Source: Candidatus Woesearchaeota archaeon (GTDB taxonomy: Archaea > Nanobdellota > Nanobdellia > Woesearchaeales > 0-14-0-80-44-23). From it: a stretch of 64,000 nucleotides of DNA. This document shows, piece after piece, positions 28,830-37,291 of the stretch. Where the stretch lies: assembly GCA_038874135.1 (NCBI GenBank), contig JAVZCZ010000001.1, positions 192,001-256,000 of the forward strand. The letters are read 5' to 3'. A program made the translations under genes and the position numbers. The notes beneath the pieces were generated by a model. The model searched no databases and was not told the DNA's origin. It saw nothing but the letters and a program-made list of their open reading frames with translations. How positions within the stretch are numbered: position 1 is the first letter of the stretch; each line of letters starts with the position of its first letter.

Positions 28830-29206
28830 AAAAACCAGATAAAATAATGACTGATGGTTTATGGGCTTATGAGAAGGCTTTCAAGAAAGCATTTTACAGC
28901 AGGTACAAAGTTGATAAAGTAGAATTGATAAGATGAGTTGGAATAAGAACAAGAGAAACAAACAATGTTATTGAAAAGACTTCATGGAACCCTTAAGGAC
29001 AGACTAAAACCCATGAGAGGATTAAAAGTGAGGAAACAGCACAAACATTTCTTGATGGTTGGTTTGTCTTCTATCACTTCTTAAGACCACATCAAAGTCT
29101 TAGTGGTAATACTCCCGCTAAAATCTCTGGAGTAAATATTGAAGTTGAAAATTGGAAATTTATGATACAGAAGGCAACTAAATTCCAAACTATTAATTCT
29201 GAATAA
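28830..29206 (+). pseudogene. C-terminal remnant of IS6-like DDE transposase
   Basis: KPDKIMTDGLWAYEKAF..TNNVIE/RLHGTLKDRLKPMRGLK/SEETAQTFLDGWFVFYHFLRPHQSLSGNTPA; stop at 28934-28936 and two frameshifts. Confidence 0.85.
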
Positions 29207-29305
29207 ATAAAGGTGATAAAAAAATGAAGATCTTAATGTTTAATTCATCAACAATAAGTTAACAGAACTCTGTTATGTGAGAAGAAGAGTAAATAAAGAA
29301 AAAAA

Positions 29306-29674
29306 TTATTTTTCAAACATCCTCTTTCCGAGCCCTTTTAGGTAGCACTTTATGAGTTCGTAGTGCTGTACGAGGTGTACTATGCCTAAGCCTGCTGCGA
29401 TGTAGCTAGAAATTGCGTGCGCGTCTCTTATCCACTGGCTTGCGAAGTATGCTGCGTTTCTTCCCCCCTGGTAACCAACGTGCGGGTAGAATATTCCGGT
29501 GCCGACTGCCACTCCTAAGGAGATGAGTAAGCTGAGGTCTACCAACATTTTTGAGTCCATAGGAGTCCATTTGCTGTGTGTTTCCCTCTCTAGTCTTCCT
29601 TCTAAATCATTTTGCATTGTTTTGCATACTTCTTCGCAGCCATCTTCTCTTACTTCTTTATTCTTCTTTGCCAT
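29306..29674 (-). CDS. DUF4405-like membrane protein
   Basis: TGIFY..GYQGGRN..WIRDAH..IVHLVQHY with conserved histidines. Confidence 0.7.
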   Translation of the reverse strand: MAKKNKEVREDGCEEVCKTMQNDLEGRLERETHSKWTPMDSKMLVDLSLLISLGVAVGTGIFYPHVGYQGGRNAAYFASQWIRDAHAISSYIAAGLGIVHLVQHYELIKCYLKGLGKRMFEK

Positions 29675-29960
29675 AATGTTCACCTGCTTTTTTTCTTATA
29701 CCATATTCCTGCACTTGGCTTTTTGTGCCGTGCTCTTCCCTGTTTAAGCGTTCTTCTTTCAGTTTGAGTTCAAGACCGCCTAGTTGGTGCGTAAATTCGT
29801 ATTTTCCCCGTCTTGTTTCTTCAATTCTTACCCTTGCGTATTCTACGCAGTGCCCCTGGTAGGTTTTTTCTGTGTGGTAATTGTTGTAAGCGATTGTTCC
29901 TCCGGCAATGAGTCCCGCTGTTAGGATTCCTGCTATTGCATATTTCATTTTTGCGTTCAT
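29658..29960 (-). CDS. Hypothetical protein with N-terminal signal/TM segment
   Basis: GGTGA RBS; hydrophobic N-terminus. Confidence 0.55.
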   Translation of the reverse strand: MNAKMKYAIAGILTAGLIAGGTIAYNNYHTEKTYQGHCVEYARVRIEETRRGKYEFTHQLGGLELKLKEERLNREEHGTKSQVQEYGIRKKAGEHYGKEE

Positions 29961-29998
29961 TTTTTCACCTGTCAGTTCTTATTTTATTTGCTGAGATA

Positions 29999-30040
29999 AG
30001 TTTCATATTATTGAAACTATACTTATAAGTTTTTGAAACT
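29999..30040. promoter_or_regulatory. Inverted-repeat operator candidate in divergent promoter region
   Basis: AGTTTCA-tattat-TGAAACT plus a further TGAAACT half-site at 30034-30040. Confidence 0.45.
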
Positions 30041-30091
30041 GTGGCTCCATTGTAAGAAAGTTTAAATAATTTGATTAATCAGTATTTTAAA

Positions 30092-30658
30092 ATGAAGGAT
30101 AATTTTAAAACTAGGGCCGTTGTCGCAGTTGCTGTTTTAGTTGCTTTCGCAATGTTTGTCCTATTTCTGTTGATGTATTATGATTTTCAGCACCAGCTGA
30201 ACAGCAGGCGCTTGACCCTTGATGAGTTGGAGAATATGAGTGCTGATGAGATTAAGCAGGCGATTATTGCTAATCGGCAGAATGAGAATCTTTTGCACGG
30301 CTATTATCTGATTCCTTTCACTGCGTTTATAGGGCTTCTTGTTGGCGCTGTTGTTTATTACCTTATGTCAGAAAGGATTTCCAAGCAAGAAAGAATTGTT
30401 GAGAGGGATGCGCGTATAATTCTTAAATTTTTGAACAGTAATCAGCGAAGAGTAGTTGAAACATTGCTTGAGAGCGGCGGCAGTGTTAGGCAGTATGAGC
30501 TTTCTCACCTTCCGGGGCTTAATAAGGTTAGGACGCACAGAATCGTTAGAGAGCTGGCTGAAAAGGGAATCATCTCAGTTGAAAGGCTGGGTAAGATTAA
30601 CAGGATAACACTGAATAAGGAACTTTTTGAGATTCTTAAGGAAAAGAAGGATGTATAA
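30092..30658 (+). CDS. Membrane-anchored wHTH transcriptional regulator
   Basis: Two TM segments followed by QRRVVETL..QYELSHLPGLNKVRTHRIVRELAEKGII.VERLGKINRI. Confidence 0.8.
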   Translation: MKDNFKTRAVVAVAVLVAFAMFVLFLLMYYDFQHQLNSRRLTLDELENMSADEIKQAIIANRQNENLLHGYYLIPFTAFIGLLVGAVVYYLMSERISKQERIVERDARIILKFLNSNQRRVVETLLESGGSVRQYELSHLPGLNKVRTHRIVRELAEKGIISVERLGKINRITLNKELFEILKEKKDV

Positions 30659-30721
30659 ATTATTTTATCCTTTAGAAAAACAAAAACCTTTTTATACCGC
30701 TCCTAAATAACTTAAAATTAG

Positions 30722-30797
30722 GGGCTCGTGGTTTAGTGGCTATAACGCTGCCCTTACACGGCAGACGTCGCCGGTTCGAATCCGGCCGGGCCCACCA
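30722..30797 (+). tRNA. tRNA-Val(TAC), CCA encoded
   Basis: Cloverleaf; anticodon arm CTGCC-CTTACAC-GGCAG; GGTTCGAATCC. Confidence 0.96.
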
Positions 30798-30798
30798 T

Positions 30799-30869
30799 GC
30801 GGCAATAGTCTAGAGGTAGGACATGTCCCTGCCACGGACATAACCCGGGTTCAAATCCCGGTTGCCGCA
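30799..30869 (+). tRNA. tRNA-Gly(GCC)
   Basis: GCGGCAA/TTGCCGC acceptor stem; TGTCC-CTGCCAC-GGACA. Confidence 0.95.
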
Positions 30870-30919
30870 TTTTCTTAAAATACAAAAGTTTAAAAGTAGG
30901 AAAGCAGACTGCGTTCTGT

Positions 30920-31753
30920 ATGGAAGAGGATAGGATTCTTCAGCTTCTTACAAGTGAGGATAGTATAAGCTGGCGGGGAATAATACTGAATCTCGTTAAG
31001 AGCGAGAATATGAATCCTTGGGATATTGATGTTTCCAAGATTACTGAGAGGTATTTGGAAACTATAAAGAGGCTTCAAGAGTTGAATTTTAGGGTTTCTG
31101 GCAAGGTTGTGCTAGCTGCCGCCCTCTTAGTGAGAATGAAATCTTCATATCTTCTGGGAAGAGACATTGTAGAGTTGGATGAGATTTTTGCCAGTGCTTC
31201 AAGCTCCGAAGATGAGAGCGCGGTTCAGGACGAGTTTTATGAAGGTCTTGAAGGTATGTATTCTGGAGCTGGAAGGGAGGAGAGCATTCCCGAGCTTCCT
31301 CCGAGAATGCCACAGCCGAGGCAGAGAAAGATTTCAATGTACGAGCTGATAAGCGCTCTTCAAAAGGCTTTGGAAGTTAGAGAGAGACGAATTCTTAGGA
31401 AAATTCCTCCAGACATAAAAGTTCCTGAGAAGAAGGTGGATATTTCTGTCATGATAGAGAGGGTGTATTCTAAGATAAGGGATTTTCTGCTGGGAAGAAA
31501 TGCAAAGAGGGTGAAGTTTTCAGAGATAGTTCCCTCAAATAAGAAGCAGGACAAGATTGATACTTTTGTGCCCTTACTACATTTGGCATATCAGCAGAAG
31601 GTGTTGCTGGAGCAGGAGAAAACATTTGGCGAGATTGAGATAATGCTTTACGACGCTGCTGCAAGAAAGATTGCTGAGGAGCAGCTTCAGGCAGTGCTGA
31701 GCGAGCAGGATTCAAAGAACAAGCCTTCTGCAAGGAAAGGAAAACGCTCCTAA
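30920..31753 (+). CDS. scpA: Segregation/condensation protein A (kleisin)
   Basis: MNPWDIDVSKIT, SGKVVLAAALLVRMKS, FVPLLHL..LEQEKTFGEI. Confidence 0.92.
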   Translation: MEEDRILQLLTSEDSISWRGIILNLVKSENMNPWDIDVSKITERYLETIKRLQELNFRVSGKVVLAAALLVRMKSSYLLGRDIVELDEIFASASSSEDESAVQDEFYEGLEGMYSGAGREESIPELPPRMPQPRQRKISMYELISALQKALEVRERRILRKIPPDIKVPEKKVDISVMIERVYSKIRDFLLGRNAKRVKFSEIVPSNKKQDKIDTFVPLLHLAYQQKVLLEQEKTFGEIEIMLYDAAARKIAEEQLQAVLSEQDSKNKPSARKGKRS

Positions 31754-31795
31754 ATCAAAAATTTTAAAAAGCCCTCCTCAATTCTCAATTTGGAA

Positions 31796-31870
31796 GCCCC
31801 GGTAGTGTAGTCCGGTCAATCATCCGGCCCTTTCGAGGCTGGGACACGGGTTCAAATCCCGTCCGGGGCA
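31796..31870 (+). tRNA. tRNA-Glu(TTC)
   Basis: Cloverleaf; anticodon loop CTTTCGA. Confidence 0.95.
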
Positions 31871-31894
31871 CTAAAATTTTTCGGAGGTTTTTTG

Positions 31895-31999
31895 ATGAAG
31901 AGGAACTCAAGAAGGTGGAAGAAGAAGAGGCAGATGCGCTGGAAGTGGCAGCGTAAGAGGATGAAGAAGGAAAAGAGGAAGAGGAAGCTTAAGGTATAA
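31895..31999 (+). CDS. rpl41e: Ribosomal protein L41e (34 aa, not in ORF track)
   Basis: MKRNSRRWKKKRQMRWKWQRKRMKKEKRKRKLKV with GGAGG RBS; matches archaeal L41e MRWKW pattern. Confidence 0.85.
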   Translation: MKRNSRRWKKKRQMRWKWQRKRMKKEKRKRKLKV

Positions 32000-32048
32000 A
32001 AAAAACAAAGCTTTATAAATAACCGCCTTTTTCCGTTCTTCACATCAA

Positions 32049-32109
32049 GGAGTTTTCCGCCGATATGCGGAATTCCCTGGAACTACTGCCCGAGCAGTAG
32101 GAGGGAGTT
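32049..32109 (+). promoter_or_regulatory. Structured rpl1 leader with putative L1-binding site over the RBS
   Basis: AATTCC-CTGGAA-CTACTGC-CCGA-GCAGTAG-GAG-GGAGTT hairpin with asymmetric GAA/GAG internal loop. Confidence 0.65.
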
Positions 32110-32113
32110 AAAA

Positions 32114-32770
32114 ATGGAGAAGAAGGATGTTTTGGAATCATTATCTGAAGTGAGGAAGAACTCTAAGAAGAGAAACTTCAACCAGAGTATAGATCTTATA
32201 ATAACATTGAAGGATTTGGATGTGAAGAAGACTGACAACCAGAGGGATCTTTTTGTAATACTTCCGCATCCGCCTTCAAAATCTGTTAAGGTGTGCGCTC
32301 TGGTTGGTCCTGAGAGTGTTGAATCTGCAAAGGACTGTCATAAGGTAATATCACAGGATGAGTTTCCACAGTATGAGGCTGATGAGAATAAGATAAAGAA
32401 GCTTGCAAAGGAGTATGACTTCTTTGTGGCTCAAGCTAATATAATGCCTCTGATTGCTAAGGTATTTGGAAAGGTTCTGGGAAGAAGGGGAAAGATGCCT
32501 AATCCTAAAGCTGGATGCATAGTCCCTCCTAAGACGAACCTGAAAGCACTAGTTGAGAAGCTTCAGAAGACTGTTGAAGTAAAAATAAAGAATGCTCCCA
32601 TGGTGCAGTGCAAGGTGGGAACCGAGGAGATGAAGGATGAGGAGATTGCAGAGAACATAATCGTAGTTTTCAACAACCTGCTGCACGCTCTTCCAAATGA
32701 GAGGAATAATATAAAGAGCGTAATAGTTAAGACAACAATGGGAAAGCCGGTTAAGATTCAGGGATGGTAA
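32114..32770 (+). CDS. rpl1: 50S ribosomal protein L1
   Basis: KRNFNQSIDL, LGRRGKMP, KTTMG. Confidence 0.97.
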   Translation: MEKKDVLESLSEVRKNSKKRNFNQSIDLIITLKDLDVKKTDNQRDLFVILPHPPSKSVKVCALVGPESVESAKDCHKVISQDEFPQYEADENKIKKLAKEYDFFVAQANIMPLIAKVFGKVLGRRGKMPNPKAGCIVPPKTNLKALVEKLQKTVEVKIKNAPMVQCKVGTEEMKDEEIAENIIVVFNNLLHALPNERNNIKSVIVKTTMGKPVKIQGW

Positions 32771-32772
32771 AA

Positions 32773-33537
32773 ATGGCGCATGTTTCAGAATACAAGAAGA
32801 AAAGAGTAAAAGAGCTTGCGGAGCTTATAGAGAAGTACAGGGCGGTTGGAATAATAAACATGGAGAATCTTCCAGCAGTTCAGCTTCAGAGAATGAGAGG
32901 CCAGCTCAGGGACACTATTCTAATAGAGATGAGTAAGAAGAATCTTATGAAGATAGCAATACAGCAGAGTAAGAAGCCTGGTATTGAAAAGCTTGCAGAA
33001 AAGCTGGAGGGAATGCCCTGTTTCCTGTTCACTAACGAGTCGCCATTCAGAGTTGCAATAATGCTGAAGAGGAGCAAATCAACTGCTCCAGCCAAGGTTG
33101 GTCAGGTGGCTCCTAAAGACATAATAATACCGGCAGGTCCCACTCAGTTCACTCCCGGTCCTGTGCTTGGAGAGCTCGGACAGCTCGGCGTTAAGGCCGG
33201 AGTTGACAAGGGGAAGATTGTAATAAAGGAGGATAAGCTGGTTGCTAAGAAGGGGGAGAAGATTACTAAGCAGATGGCAACCCTGCTTCAGAAGTTCGGG
33301 ATAGAGCCTATGGAAATAGGTCTTAACCTGGTGGCTTTTTATGAGGATGGCTTGGTATATGACAGCTCTGTCCTGGACATAGATCCTGCAAAGACTTTAG
33401 AGGACATAAAGAGGGCTGCTTCCTGGGCGTTTAACCTGTCCATGGAGTGTGCCTATCCTACAAAGGAGAACATTCAGATGCTAGTGGCTAAGGCAGAGCT
33501 TTCTGCCAAGGCGCTTTCAAGCAAGGTAAATGCTTAA
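32773..33537 (+). CDS. rpl10: 50S ribosomal protein L10 (P0)
   Basis: [29 protein letters not shown]. Confidence 0.96.
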   Translation: MAHVSEYKKKRVKELAELIEKYRAVGIINMENLPAVQLQRMRGQLRDTILIEMSKKNLMKIAIQQSKKPGIEKLAEKLEGMPCFLFTNESPFRVAIMLKRSKSTAPAKVGQVAPKDIIIPAGPTQFTPGPVLGELGQLGVKAGVDKGKIVIKEDKLVAKKGEKITKQMATLLQKFGIEPMEIGLNLVAFYEDGLVYDSSVLDIDPAKTLEDIKRAASWAFNLSMECAYPTKENIQMLVAKAELSAKALSSKVNA

Positions 33538-33560
33538 AAAAGTATAAGGAGGTAAATGAA

Positions 33561-33866
33561 ATGGAATATGTGTATGCTGCACTGCTGCTTCACAAGGCAG
33601 GCAAGAAGGTAGATGAGACTTCAATAAGAAAGGTGTTGGAAGCCGCGGGCATAAGTCCTGACGAGGCGAAGATAAAGGCGCTTGTTGCAAGCTTGGAAGG
33701 GGTTGACATTGATAAAGCCATAGAATCAGCGCAGGTTGTAACTGCAGCCCCATCCGCAGCAGCCCCTGCACAGCAGCACGCTGCTGAAGAGAAAAAGGCA
33801 GAAAAGGAAGAGGATAAGAAGAGCGAAGAAGCAGCTGCAGTCGGGCTTTCCGCACTCTTTGGATGA
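33561..33866 (+). CDS. rpl12: 50S ribosomal protein L12 (P1)
   Basis: [18 protein letters not shown]. Confidence 0.97.
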   Translation: MEYVYAALLLHKAGKKVDETSIRKVLEAAGISPDEAKIKALVASLEGVDIDKAIESAQVVTAAPSAAAPAQQHAAEEKKAEKEEDKKSEEAAAVGLSALFG

Positions 33867-33910
33867 AGCTCTTTAATTGTTTTTTATTTTCATCTGAAAG
33901 GTTGAGCTGA

Positions 33911-34825
33911 ATGGAAGGATTAGAACAACAGCAGGAAAAGAAGGTTGAAGTCCCTGTAGAAAATGTTCAGGAAGCAAAGAAGGCTGTAAGGGACTTGAGA
34001 GAAGAGCTGAACAGGGTGAATGAGGAGAAGGAGTCCTGGTTCGCCAAGAAGAATGAGTTCAGCAAGCAGATTTCTGAAAAAATAGTTCTCATCAAAAGGT
34101 TAAAGAGGGAGAGGGACAATTTTACAAAGCAGGTTAAAGAGTTAAAAGCTGAGAGGAACAAGCTCAACACCCTCATAAAATCCAAGATTGAGGAGCTTAA
34201 AAGGATTAATGAGCAGAAGAGAAAGATTCTGAAGGAGCACAACATAACCAAGGATCCCAATCAGATTGCTAGACAGATTGAAAAGCTGGAGAGAAGTATA
34301 GAAACAGAAGCGTTCTCTTTTGAAAAGGAGAAGAAGGTAATGAAGCTGATAAACCAGCTGAAGAAGGAGTATGAGGAGATTAAAAAGCTGAGCAGCGAGT
34401 GGGAGGCTGCAAATCTTCTTTCCAAGGAGATTGACGAGCTTAAGGAGAAGACAGAAGGGATACATAGGCGCATTCAAGAGGTAGCTGCTGAGAGCCAGAA
34501 GAGACATGAAGAGATGCTGAGAATATCTAAAGAGGTAGATGAGCTCAGAAAGCAGGAAAATGAGGCATTTGAAAAGTTCTTAGAGTTCAAGAAAAAGTTC
34601 ACTGAAATAAATGCTGAGCTTAAGGAGTCCCTCTTAGAAGTTGCTCAGACAAGTCAGAAGGTTCAGGAAGCTAAGAGTGATGCAAAAAGGGAGCGCAAGA
34701 AGAAAGAGCACGAGATTCTCAAGAGTAAGGAGGAAGAGGTTGAAGAGAAGATAAAGAAGGGCAAGAGGCTCACTACAGAAGACTTATTAGTGTTTCAGAA
34801 GATGGATTCTGGAAGTGATGAATAA
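33911..34825 (+). CDS. Archaeal coiled-coil protein (COG1340-like)
   Basis: Long heptad repeats; EKEKKVMKLI and KKGKRLTTEDLLVFQ. Confidence 0.8.
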   Translation: MEGLEQQQEKKVEVPVENVQEAKKAVRDLREELNRVNEEKESWFAKKNEFSKQISEKIVLIKRLKRERDNFTKQVKELKAERNKLNTLIKSKIEELKRINEQKRKILKEHNITKDPNQIARQIEKLERSIETEAFSFEKEKKVMKLINQLKKEYEEIKKLSSEWEAANLLSKEIDELKEKTEGIHRRIQEVAAESQKRHEEMLRISKEVDELRKQENEAFEKFLEFKKKFTEINAELKESLLEVAQTSQKVQEAKSDAKRERKKKEHEILKSKEEEVEEKIKKGKRLTTEDLLVFQKMDSGSDE

Positions 34826-34893
34826 ATTTTAAAAATTTCTTCAAGAATAAAAATTAATTTTAAGGATAAAAAGTAAAATTTTAAAAGTAAATT

Positions 34894-35076
34894 TTAGTTC
34901 TTTTTAAATTCAGTATAGCCGCACTTTCCGCAGGTTAGCCTGTTATTGTGCTCTGCTAAGAAGTAGCCAGGCCCGCACCTGGGGCAGGTCTTGTTCTTCG
35001 GCTTGATTGCTGCTCCTGAGATTTCGTAATGTGAAGATGCTAAGGATTGTTTCTTTGACTTTGTTTTTTCTGCCAT
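34894..35076 (-). CDS. rps27ae: 30S ribosomal protein S27ae
   Basis: [24 protein letters not shown]. Confidence 0.96.
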   Translation of the reverse strand: MAEKTKSKKQSLASSHYEISGAAIKPKNKTCPRCGPGYFLAEHNNRLTCGKCGYTEFKKN

Positions 35077-35077
35077 T

Positions 35078-35371
35078 TTACTTCTGCGCCTCCTTCTTTC
35101 CTTCCAGTCTCTTCTTTATGTATTCCGGCTGAAGCTTCTGCATAGCTTCCTGACTCTTGTAGAGCTGAGCGTGCATTTCCAGATGCTTTGTGCCGAAAAG
35201 CTGCTTTATCTTTGAGATTGAAATGAGCTCAGGCTTTGCAGATAGCTTCTTAGCAAGCTCTTCTGTAAGCTGTTTTCTTGAAGGCGTTGTTCCAGTGAAG
35301 TTGACTTCTGCTATTATCTCGCTCCTCTCTAAGAGCTCGTTCTCCTTTTTGGATGTTATTTTTATCTCCAT
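35078..35371 (-). CDS. rps24e: 30S ribosomal protein S24e
   Basis: [17 protein letters not shown]; context. Confidence 0.92.
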   Translation of the reverse strand: MEIKITSKKENELLERSEIIAEVNFTGTTPSRKQLTEELAKKLSAKPELISISKIKQLFGTKHLEMHAQLYKSQEAMQKLQPEYIKKRLEGKKEAQK

Positions 35372-35381
35372 TTTTTATCAC

Positions 35382-35567
35382 TCACTTTATTTTTATTGCG
35401 TATTCCCCGTTGGCATCTATCCCAAGATTGGAAGCAACCTTGGACTTCTTTGCGTCTAGAATGAACATTCTCCCCTGAAAGTTAGTGCTAAAGTCAGTGC
35501 CTCCGCATATGGGACACTTGTTTTCTTCCACTACAATTTTACATTGTCTGCAAAACTTCTTTTTCAT
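35382..35567 (-). CDS. spt4: Transcription elongation factor Spt4 (RpoE'')
   Basis: CRQC..CPICG, SKVASNLGI..GEYAIK. Confidence 0.93.
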   Translation of the reverse strand: MKKKFCRQCKIVVEENKCPICGGTDFSTNFQGRMFILDAKKSKVASNLGIDANGEYAIKIK

Positions 35568-36154
35568 TTCTCCTCACTCTTTTTCTTGTGAGCCTCTTCC
35601 TTCGCCTCCTGAGCCTTTCTGGCAGCCTTCTCCGCTTCTGTTTCAAGCTTGCCCAGGCCGGGCTGCCTCATGGTGAGTCCTATCTTTGGATTGTTCACCT
35701 CTTTGAAGCTGACTGCGATTATGCGCGCCCTGCAAAGGTCTCCCACTTTTATTGTGCGCTTGCTGTCCTTTCCAACGAGCACTTTGTCTTCGCTGAAGCT
35801 CACGAAATCGTCCATTGTTTGCGAGATGTGCACCATTCCATCTAAGACTCCCATTGAGACGAAGGCTCCAAAGTCCTGTATGTCTTTTATCTTTCCATAA
35901 ACTACTTCTTTTAGTTCCGGCTTAAATGAGAGCACCTCAAATTTGGTGTCATAGTAAGCCGCTCCGTCTCCCGGGATTATTATTCCCTCTCCAACTTCTA
36001 AAACATTTGCAACATCTATAACTATTCCTATGTCTTTTGAAATTACTCCTGTGTATTGCTTTTTTACCATGTCAAGTATTGCGTTCTGAACTGGCTCTCC
36101 GAAGAGTTCCGGGGGAACCCTTATGTGATCCTGAACAGTTATCTTATAAAACAT
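35564..36154 (-). CDS. rpoE1: RNA polymerase subunit E' (Rpo7)
   Basis: IRVPPELFG, IPGDGAAY, IGLTMRQPGLGKLE. Confidence 0.96.
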   Translation of the reverse strand: MFYKITVQDHIRVPPELFGEPVQNAILDMVKKQYTGVISKDIGIVIDVANVLEVGEGIIIPGDGAAYYDTKFEVLSFKPELKEVVYGKIKDIQDFGAFVSMGVLDGMVHISQTMDDFVSFSEDKVLVGKDSKRTIKVGDLCRARIIAVSFKEVNNPKIGLTMRQPGLGKLETEAEKAARKAQEAKEEAHKKKSEEK

Positions 36155-36158
36155 CGCC

Positions 36159-36560
36159 TCACCCTCTCGTTATTAGTATTAAAAACTTTTTCTTCCTCAT
36201 TACAATTATGGGCCCTTTTATCCTTCTCTTCAGCTCTCTGTCCTGAGTTGCTATTATGTAGCCCTGAGCTGCGAATTCGGCAAGTGCCTCGTCCGCATCT
36301 TTTGGATTTTGGCTTGTATTTAAAAAGCTTTTTGTTTTTATTATGCAGACATCCTTCTGTTTTATCAGCTGCAGGGCTATTCTCGCAGCGCGTCTCTCTT
36401 TTAGCGAGCCCTCTTTTTCAAGCCTTTTAAGCTCCTCTATGTTGAGGTCTAGTGTGCATATTTTTGCGGTCGGGAGGATTCTCCTTATTTCTGAGAATAT
36501 GTCCACTTTGAACTGGCCTGGTATCATGCAGAAGTTCGTGTCCAAAAGCACCTTTTCCAT
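36159..36560 (-). CDS. PIN-domain protein (Utp24/Fcf1-like)
   Basis: VLLDTNF, DADE, IATQDRELKRR; typical position before rpoE1. Confidence 0.9.
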   Translation of the reverse strand: MEKVLLDTNFCMIPGQFKVDIFSEIRRILPTAKICTLDLNIEELKRLEKEGSLKERRAARIALQLIKQKDVCIIKTKSFLNTSQNPKDADEALAEFAAQGYIIATQDRELKRRIKGPIIVMRKKKFLILITRG

Positions 36561-36590
36561 TTCAGAATGGATTGTGAGTAAGGGTATTTA

Positions 36591-37232
36591 TTATTTTCTC
36601 AAGCTGGCGCGCTTATTTTTTTCAGCTTCTCTGCTTAGCATGTTCATTGCTGAGGCAAGCATTCCGAAAGAAGCTGCTGCTGAGATTATTGAGTAGCCTA
36701 TAATGTTTGAGTACAGTATTTTTTCTTTTGAGGCAGTTTCAACCATTTGAGATATCTCAAAAGTTAGGGGTTCTGCAAAGTTTTGCAAAGCACAATTTAT
36801 AGCTTCCATTTCATATTGAAATCTTTCATATCTTTTTAAAGTCAGACATTCTCTCGCTTCATAGGAGGATAAGAATTCTCGCGAATGCTCCAGCTGAGAT
36901 AGTACATCTTCAATCTGTGCAGAATTTTTTCCATTGTTCAGCTGGTTGTATTCCTCAATGTTGAGTATTGCCATTTCAAGCTGTGAAGACGCTTCTTGAA
37001 GGTGTGATTCTTCCATGCTTTCAGAAAGTTGAGAGAGCTCCTGAACTGCGCTTCCTGAATGTTTAAGTGCTGAAAAAAGTAGGGAGTAGGATTTTTCGTG
37101 CAGGTTATAATCATAAATGAACTGCGGATTCTGTACTGGTTGGAACATCTTTGAGACAGAATATGAACAGAGCAGTGCAGAAGAAACAATTATGCTTCCA
37201 GAGACTATTGCCACAACAAGAGCTTTTTTCAT
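36591..37232 (-). CDS. Hypothetical membrane protein (two TM segments flanking a helical domain)
   Basis: N- and C-terminal hydrophobic segments. Confidence 0.6.
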   Translation of the reverse strand: MKKALVVAIVSGSIIVSSALLCSYSVSKMFQPVQNPQFIYDYNLHEKSYSLLFSALKHSGSAVQELSQLSESMEESHLQEASSQLEMAILNIEEYNQLNNGKNSAQIEDVLSQLEHSREFLSSYEARECLTLKRYERFQYEMEAINCALQNFAEPLTFEISQMVETASKEKILYSNIIGYSIISAAASFGMLASAMNMLSREAEKNKRASLRK

Positions 37233-37291
37233 TTTGATTGAGTAGTAAAAAAATGAAAATATTTATATCTTTCCAAGAATTTCAGCGGAAT

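Larger units (their letters stand above)
25190..29270. mobile_element. AT-rich island bounded by IS6-like terminal inverted repeats, carrying integrase pseudogene, R-M module and transposase remnant
   Basis: GTTCTGTTAAATTGTTG at 25190-25206 versus CAACAATAAGTTAACAGAAC at 29249-29268 (reverse complement GTTCTGTTAActtATTGTTG); visibly lower GC; cargo content. Confidence 0.7.
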
